Assembly (NCBI GenBank): GCA_963801605.1
Contig: CAWDFP010000006.1
Span: 1,216,001-1,280,000, forward strand
Source: an uncultured candidate division Zixibacteria bacterium
GTDB taxonomy: Bacteria > Zixibacteria > MSB-5A5 > UBA10806
Length of the DNA: 64,000 nucleotides
Direction of reading: 5' to 3'
A program made the position numbers and the translations under genes. The notes below the pieces were generated by a model. It ran no database searches. It saw only the letters and a program-made list of their open reading frames with translations, and was not told the origin of the DNA. Positions 58,522 to 64,000 of the stretch are shown here, piece by piece; the first letter of the stretch is position 1; every line of letters starts with the position of its first letter.

Positions 58522-59964
58522 ATGAAGGACAGGCTAAGGGAACTTATCGACTATATAAAAAGCAAAAAAATCGATTATGCCGATGCCCGATACGTCGAGC
58601 GTAAAAGCGAATCCATCACGGTTAAAGATGGTCAGCTTGAGGCGCTCTCGCGTGACGAGGGTCGCGGCGTTGGCATAAGAGTCTTGCATGGCGGCTGTTG
58701 GGGATTTGCCTCCAGTGCCAGTATCATGCCGAACGATCTAAAACGGTTGGCTGATAGAGCCGTTGGGGTCGCCAAAGCGTCGACAGTTACCAAAGGGAAA
58801 CCGGCTGCGCTGGCCCCCACGCAAATTTATCAGGATAAGTATAAATCGCCAATGATCGAGGACCCCTTCAAGGTTTCTCTTGACGAAAAAATCGGTTTGC
58901 TCATGAAGGTTAGCGATATCCTGAGAAAGCAGAAAAAGATCAAAATCACCGAATCCAGCCTCGATTTCTTCAGAACCGATAAAATATTTTGCTCCACCGA
59001 AGGCGCCCTTATCGAGCAAACTATCGTTGAATCCGGTGGTGGTTACGAGGCCACCGCGATCGAAAAGGGTGATGCTCAAAAACGAAGCTACCCCAACTCG
59101 CACCGCGGCGATTTCCGATGTGCCGGTTACGAATTTATCCGTGAATTGGACCTGCCCGGCAATGCCGAGCGAGTAGCCGAGGATGCCGTCGCGCTGCTTT
59201 CCGCTCCGCCCTGTCCCGTAGGAAAAACCGATATCATCATAATGGGCGATCAGATGGCGCTTCAGGTTCACGAATCCTGCGGTCACCCGACCGAACTGGA
59301 TCGCGCTTTGGGCACCGAGATATCTCTGGCCGGCGGTTCGTTTATGACACCTGACAAGCTCGGCTCGCTCCGCTATGGTTCTCCCTTGGTCAATATCGTT
59401 CAGGACGGCACTATTCCTTACGCTCTGGGAAGTTTCGGTTACGATGATGAAGGCGTTAAAGCGTCGCGAACTGATGTCATTAAGGAAGGGCTTTTCGTCG
59501 GCTATCTTACATCTCGTGAGACAGCTCAACTTGTCAATGCCGCTCCTAATGGCACCATGCGGGCCGATGGTTGGGATAAAATCCCTCTCATTCGCATGAC
59601 CAATATCAATCTCTTGCCCGGCGAATGGGATTATAACAATCTCGTGGCCGATACCAAAAACGGCATTCTGCTGGCCACTAACAAAAGCTGGTCTATCGAT
59701 GATAAGCGGCTCAATTTCCAATTCGGAGTTGAGGTCGCCTGGCAAATCAAGGATGGCCGGATCACTACAATGTATAAAAATCCTGTCTATACTGGCATTA
59801 CGCCGGAGTTCTGGAATTCTTGCGATGCCGTCTGTAACGCCAACCATTGGAGGATCTGGGGTATTCCGTCCTGCGGCAAAGGAGAGCCGATGCAAAGCGC
59901 GCACGTGGCGCATGGCACCGCTCCGACCCGGTTCAGAAATGTCATGGTGGGGGTGAGCAAATGA
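58522..59964 (+). CDS. tldD: TldD metalloprotease
   Basis: GVGIRV, HESCGH (HExxxH), YDDEG, RMTN, CGKG. Confidence 0.9.
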   Translation: MKDRLRELIDYIKSKKIDYADARYVERKSESITVKDGQLEALSRDEGRGVGIRVLHGGCWGFASSASIMPNDLKRLADRAVGVAKASTVTKGKPAALAPTQIYQDKYKSPMIEDPFKVSLDEKIGLLMKVSDILRKQKKIKITESSLDFFRTDKIFCSTEGALIEQTIVESGGGYEATAIEKGDAQKRSYPNSHRGDFRCAGYEFIRELDLPGNAERVAEDAVALLSAPPCPVGKTDIIIMGDQMALQVHESCGHPTELDRALGTEISLAGGSFMTPDKLGSLRYGSPLVNIVQDGTIPYALGSFGYDDEGVKASRTDVIKEGLFVGYLTSRETAQLVNAAPNGTMRADGWDKIPLIRMTNINLLPGEWDYNNLVADTKNGILLATNKSWSIDDKRLNFQFGVEVAWQIKDGRITTMYKNPVYTGITPEFWNSCDAVCNANHWRIWGIPSCGKGEPMQSAHVAHGTAPTRFRNVMVGVSK

Positions 59965-61310
59965 TTGGAAAAGAAAAAATCGTCCGTCTCTTAAAAGAAG
60001 TTCTGACTGAATCTAAACTCGAAGTGGCCGAGGCGGTTTTCATCGGCGCCGAATATGGACTGACACGCTATGCCAATTCCGCAATCCATCAGAATATGGC
60101 GGATCAAAATCATAATGTCTCATTCAAAGTGGCTCTTGGTAAGAAAATCGGCGTGGCTGCCACCAATATATTCGAGAAGGAAGCTCTTAAAAGGGCTTGT
60201 CTGAACGCCGTCGCTATCGCCGAACGGGCCATGCCCAATCCCAATTTCGGCGGATTGGCAAAACCCTCGAAATATAAAAAGCTCACCAATTATTTCGATG
60301 TCACCGCCAAAGTAACTCCGGCCAAACGGGCCGCGGTAGTCAAGAAAATTTGCGATAAAGCGCTAAAAAATGGTTTGAGCGCCTCCGGGGCGTTAAGCAC
60401 TTCTCAGTCTGAAATTGCCATCGTCAACACCCGGGGATTAGTGGCCTACCAGCCGAGCACGTCCTGCTCAATTAATATTATCATGTCCTCCGAGGATTCC
60501 TCCGGATATGCTCAGGGCCTTTCGAGAAGATTCGATAAAATTGATTTTGCCGCTCTATCCGATAAAGCGCTTGCCAAATGCCTCAAATCGCGGAAGCCGC
60601 AAACCCTCGAACCGGGGCATTATGATGTTATCCTCGAACCAACAGCGGTTGCCAACCTCATGGAATGGCTGACATTCATCGCTTTTTCGGCCAATCCCTA
60701 CCATGAGAAAACCAGTTTCTTGAGCGACAAGAAGGGCAAAAAGATTGCCGCGACCGCTCTCTCGATCTATGATGATGGTCTTGACCCCAAGAGCATCGGT
60801 TTTCCATTCGATTTCGAGGGTGTGCCAAAGAAAACGGTATATTTTATTCGCAAGGGTCTTGGCGGCGGACCGGTCTACGACTTATCAACCGCAAAAAAAT
60901 ATAAAGCTAAGACTACCGGGCATGGTATGCCTCCGGGCGGCAGCGGCGGGCCAACACCGCTCAACGTTCATATCGCGTCCGGTACCAGGCCGTTCGATAA
61001 GATGCTTGCTTCGATTAAAAAAGGCATCCTCGTTACCAGATTCCACTACATCAATGGATTCCTCGATACACCCAAAGCTCTGCTTACCGGCATGACCCGC
61101 GACGGCACGTTCCTGGTCGAAAATGGCAAGATTGTCTCCGGTATCAAGAATTTGCGTTTTACCGAGTCGATGCTGCGTGCTTTTGGCAATATCGAGGCTA
61201 TTTCGAAAGAAAGCGAACTGGTGGATACCTGGTGGGGTGATATCGGTTGTGTCCAGGCGCCGTCCCTTTTAATCAAGGATTTCAACTTTTCGGGAAAGAC
61301 TGAGTTTTAA
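59961..61310 (+). CDS. TldE/PmbA family protein
   Basis: TRYANSAIHQN, PFDFEG, TGMTRDG; no HExxxH; ATG overlaps the tldD stop. Confidence 0.85.
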   Translation: MIGKEKIVRLLKEVLTESKLEVAEAVFIGAEYGLTRYANSAIHQNMADQNHNVSFKVALGKKIGVAATNIFEKEALKRACLNAVAIAERAMPNPNFGGLAKPSKYKKLTNYFDVTAKVTPAKRAAVVKKICDKALKNGLSASGALSTSQSEIAIVNTRGLVAYQPSTSCSINIIMSSEDSSGYAQGLSRRFDKIDFAALSDKALAKCLKSRKPQTLEPGHYDVILEPTAVANLMEWLTFIAFSANPYHEKTSFLSDKKGKKIAATALSIYDDGLDPKSIGFPFDFEGVPKKTVYFIRKGLGGGPVYDLSTAKKYKAKTTGHGMPPGGSGGPTPLNVHIASGTRPFDKMLASIKKGILVTRFHYINGFLDTPKALLTGMTRDGTFLVENGKIVSGIKNLRFTESMLRAFGNIEAISKESELVDTWWGDIGCVQAPSLLIKDFNFSGKTEF

Positions 61311-61311
61311 T

Positions 61312-61923
61312 TTGAAAATCAAACTGGCTATTATTCTGGCGGCTCTGCTCCTGGTAACGGGAGCAGAGTCCAGGGCTGCGGTCTTTGGTATTCGGTTTTC
61401 CAATACCCAGGAACAGCCTTTGAGGGCTTTGGTCGATAAGGGCATTGGCGATTCCGGCGCCAAGGGACGATTCGGTCTTTATGCCGGCACTACGCAGGGA
61501 AGCAGCTACTTTTTGATCGGCGCGGATTATGATCGATTCAAGATGGAGCGCGGCGATTCGCTTCTATATTCGCGACGACTGACGATTGACTTCGGTTATC
61601 GCTACCAGCTTCTCGGGGCGGATAAGGCTAAAGCGATGAATTTCATGCCGTTCTTAGCTTTGCATCTATTCAAGAGCTATTCCAAAGTTGAGGCCGATTC
61701 CGGCACGCTGCGCCCGGCTGAAGTTAAATATTTTCAAGACCTCTCCAATGACGAAGGCGGTTGGCTTTCTGTGGGTGCAGAATATTTCTTTGCGCCGGTG
61801 TTCAGCCTCGGCGCTGAGGGTGGTTTGCGTTACACCCGCGCCAACTCCAAGGCCCTGGGTTGGGATGTTAAAATTCGCCAGTACGATACTTTTGTTGCGT
61901 TGTTGCTGAGCTTTTATATGTAG
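61312..61923 (+). CDS. Putative small outer-membrane beta-barrel protein
   Basis: Signal peptide, alternating amphipathic strands (GAEYFF, LGAEGGLRY), aromatic near the C-terminus. Confidence 0.6.
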   Translation: MKIKLAIILAALLLVTGAESRAAVFGIRFSNTQEQPLRALVDKGIGDSGAKGRFGLYAGTTQGSSYFLIGADYDRFKMERGDSLLYSRRLTIDFGYRYQLLGADKAKAMNFMPFLALHLFKSYSKVEADSGTLRPAEVKYFQDLSNDEGGWLSVGAEYFFAPVFSLGAEGGLRYTRANSKALGWDVKIRQYDTFVALLLSFYM

Positions 61924-61937
61924 TTATGCTTGGATTT

Positions 61938-62027
61938 GCGGGTCGGGTTCCCAGCGAACTTCGCGAACAAGAAACCCGATCCCAATTTGTTTTTGGGACA
62001 TAGCCGGGGTGCCTGTGGACCCCGGTT
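61938..62027. repeat. REP-like palindrome pair between convergent genes
   Basis: GTCGGGTT...AACCCGAT (61942-61980) and ATAGCCGGGGT...ACCCCGG (62000-62025). Confidence 0.6.
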
Positions 62028-62040
62028 TATTAATTAGACA

Positions 62041-63387
62041 TTACTCCTCAACCACATCCCCTTTTAGTGTTACCGCCGTGGCCGAATGAATCTTAACTGA
62101 CTCATAATCACCGGGCTTTTCGTCATTATAGGGGAAAATCACATTTAAGCCGAAATCGTTTCGTCCGCTCCACTCTGACGATTTTCGCCGGCTGGGGCCT
62201 TCGACTAATACCTCAAATACCTTGTCAATATGACGCTGATTTTGAGTCTTGCTGATTTTATTCTGGATTTCGTTTAAGAGCGTGATCCGATATTTCTTTT
62301 CATCCGACGGTATATCGTCTGGCCAGCGCCGAGCGGCCACTGTGCCCTTGCGTTCCGAATAGTTGAATATAAAAGCCGAATCAAACCTTACTTTTTCGAT
62401 TATCGCGACAGTTTCTTCAAACTCCTCGCGCGTCTCGGTCGGATATCCCAGAATTATATCGGTGGTCAGCGAAATTTCGGGAATTATTTCTCTGATATGG
62501 TCTACTAACCTGAGATACTCCTCGGCGGTATGCCGACGGTTCATCATCTTTAGAATTCTATCGCTGCCCGCCTGTAGCGGCAGATGGATATGTTTGCAAA
62601 CGGGGGGATGCGTCTTTATCACATCTAAAAGATCATCCGGAAAATCTTTCGGGTGAGGCGATATAAACCGCACTCTTTTAATGCCTCGAACCTCTGCCAC
62701 CGCGCGCACCAGAGCGGCAAACGATTTTCCTTCGTGTTTGTAAGAATTGACATTCTGCCCCAAAAGAGTAACCTGGCTATAACCCTCACTGACAAGTTTC
62801 GCAGCTTCGTCCACAATACTCTCAAGGGGACGGCTCCGCTCCCGTCCGCGAGTATAAGGCACCACGCAGAACGTGCAGAAATTATCGCAGCCGCGCATCA
62901 CTGCAATCCAGGCGTTGACGCCATCCTTGCGGGCCGGATAGATATCATCATAAGTCTCAAATTCAGAGAGATCAATCGAGAGAGCCTGTTTGGCGCCATC
63001 ACGAGCTTCGCGTATCAATTGCGGTAGATTTCGGTAGCTATCAGGCCCGGCTACCAGATCGACATGCAGATCGTTTTCGAGAAGTTCAAGTTTGAGATTC
63101 TGTGCCATGCACCCCAGCACGCCAATAGTTAGCTCTTTATCTTTGTAGAGATGTTCAAGTTGTTGAAGCCGTCCATAGACCCGGTTATGGGCATGTTCCC
63201 GTACCGCGCAGGTATTGATTAATACCACTTCGGCCTCGCCAGCATCGGAAACCTCAATAAAATTGCTCTTCAGAAGAATAGCCCGCACCAGTTCGGAGTC
63301 ATACTCGTTCATCTGGCAACCGTATGTCTCAATAAAGACTCTCAGTTTTCCGTTTGAATTCGATATTTTAACTTCGTTGTCATTCAT
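62041..63387 (-). CDS. miaB: tRNA-2-methylthio-N6-dimethylallyladenosine synthase
   Basis: TYGCQMN, NTCAVRE, GCMAQ, radical SAM CDNFCTFC, LLGQNVN, C-terminal TRAM domain. Confidence 0.95.
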   Translation of the reverse strand: MNDNEVKISNSNGKLRVFIETYGCQMNEYDSELVRAILLKSNFIEVSDAGEAEVVLINTCAVREHAHNRVYGRLQQLEHLYKDKELTIGVLGCMAQNLKLELLENDLHVDLVAGPDSYRNLPQLIREARDGAKQALSIDLSEFETYDDIYPARKDGVNAWIAVMRGCDNFCTFCVVPYTRGRERSRPLESIVDEAAKLVSEGYSQVTLLGQNVNSYKHEGKSFAALVRAVAEVRGIKRVRFISPHPKDFPDDLLDVIKTHPPVCKHIHLPLQAGSDRILKMMNRRHTAEEYLRLVDHIREIIPEISLTTDIILGYPTETREEFEETVAIIEKVRFDSAFIFNYSERKGTVAARRWPDDIPSDEKKYRITLLNEIQNKISKTQNQRHIDKVFEVLVEGPSRRKSSEWSGRNDFGLNVIFPYNDEKPGDYESVKIHSATAVTLKGDVVEE

Positions 63388-63494
63388 AATACGTCCGAAT
63401 GTTAGTGCTAAGTTATCTATAAGTGCCCGAATATCAAGAGAGAATTGTTAATCTGAGGAATTTGATTGATAGTTAATAGGTAATCGGTCTGAAA

Positions 63495-63914
63495 TTATTG
63501 ATTCTCGCAGCCGCTATCGCATGGACCGCAGGCCTTAATCTTATCAACCATGATATCGACCTCGATATCAGCGTCGATAATTACCCCCGATTGATCATAA
63601 TTTATCTCGGCAATCTTACAAGCAGAGCTTACAGCGCCCGATGATTGGCCGGTATATGTTTCGAGCGCCAATTGAAGCGCAAAAAGATGCTTGAGCCTTA
63701 AGAAATTTTCGATTCCACTATCTTTTTCGCTCTGAAATTTAGCTGGTTCCAGAGCCCTGATTTCCGAAATGGACATATCGCGGACCCGATCCAAAATTAA
63801 CGATTCCGCCCCGATAGATTTGCCGCAAGTCATAAGCTGCAACTTGTACGATTTGAGCCGCTCGTCCGAATCGAGTGTAATTCGAATAAGCTCGAGTACA
63901 TTATCGCACGGCAT
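63495..63914 (-). CDS. Hypothetical Cys-rich protein, possible divergent IscU/NifU-N fold
   Basis: MPC..., TCG.SIG.ESL, C-terminal CGPCDSGC; RBS GAAAGG before ATG 63914. Confidence 0.5.
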   Translation of the reverse strand: MPCDNVLELIRITLDSDERLKSYKLQLMTCGKSIGAESLILDRVRDMSISEIRALEPAKFQSEKDSGIENFLRLKHLFALQLALETYTGQSSGAVSSACKIAEINYDQSGVIIDADIEVDIMVDKIKACGPCDSGCENQ

Positions 63915-64000
63915 CGGATGTCTGCCTTTCAATCTTCACGAAAATCATGATAATGACAATTAATATCAGACGCACTCCAAAGTCAAGTTTCGTGATTAAT

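Noticed and set aside
58738..59913. 391-aa antisense ORF (and similar shadow ORFs such as 443-1159 and 23730-24353)
   Set aside because: They lie fully opposite well-supported genes and have no recognisable motifs; consistent with codon-bias shadows
58522..61923. TldDE plus beta-barrel as a RiPP/microcin cluster
   Set aside because: No precursor peptide, YcaO or modifying enzyme is adjacent; TldDE is a widespread housekeeping pair

Overview
Bacterial chromosomal window. Its four secreted proteins with FlgD/T9SS-like C-terminal domains, lptFG and a multiheme cytochrome suggest a diderm FCB-group organism such as candidate Zixibacteria (inference). Most of it is housekeeping: a long minus-strand run tilS-hpt-ftsH-folE-folP-dacA-obgE-dprA-ptsH-ptsI-pgi/pmi-NTP-transferase-metK-ahcY, plus xerD, lptFG, tgt, tldDE and miaB. 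There are also amino-acid and peptide metabolism genes and an accessory block of secreted proteins at about 27.3-37.0 kb. Ten genes, including normally essential ftsH, are split by single-base indels (almost all +1). This points to sequencing or assembly error, so they are annotated as reconstructed CDSs. The most interesting locus is a five-gene operon at 39.3-44.3 kb: a divergent Tdh-like reductase, AcpS, an acetate-type adenylating enzyme, a stand-alone ACP and a divergent Kbl paralog. A canonical kbl lies 17 kb away. I infer an ACP-tethered acetate + glycine -> 2-amino-3-ketobutyrate -> threonine (or aminopropanol) pathway. Other observations: GTAG-headed REP-like palindromes, a perfect sigma-28 promoter before a csp gene, Rex/CRP-like boxes before a tetraheme cytochrome, a dif-like half-site before xerD, and an IscU-like orphan upstream of miaB. 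No rRNA, tRNA, CRISPR array or transposase was recognised.
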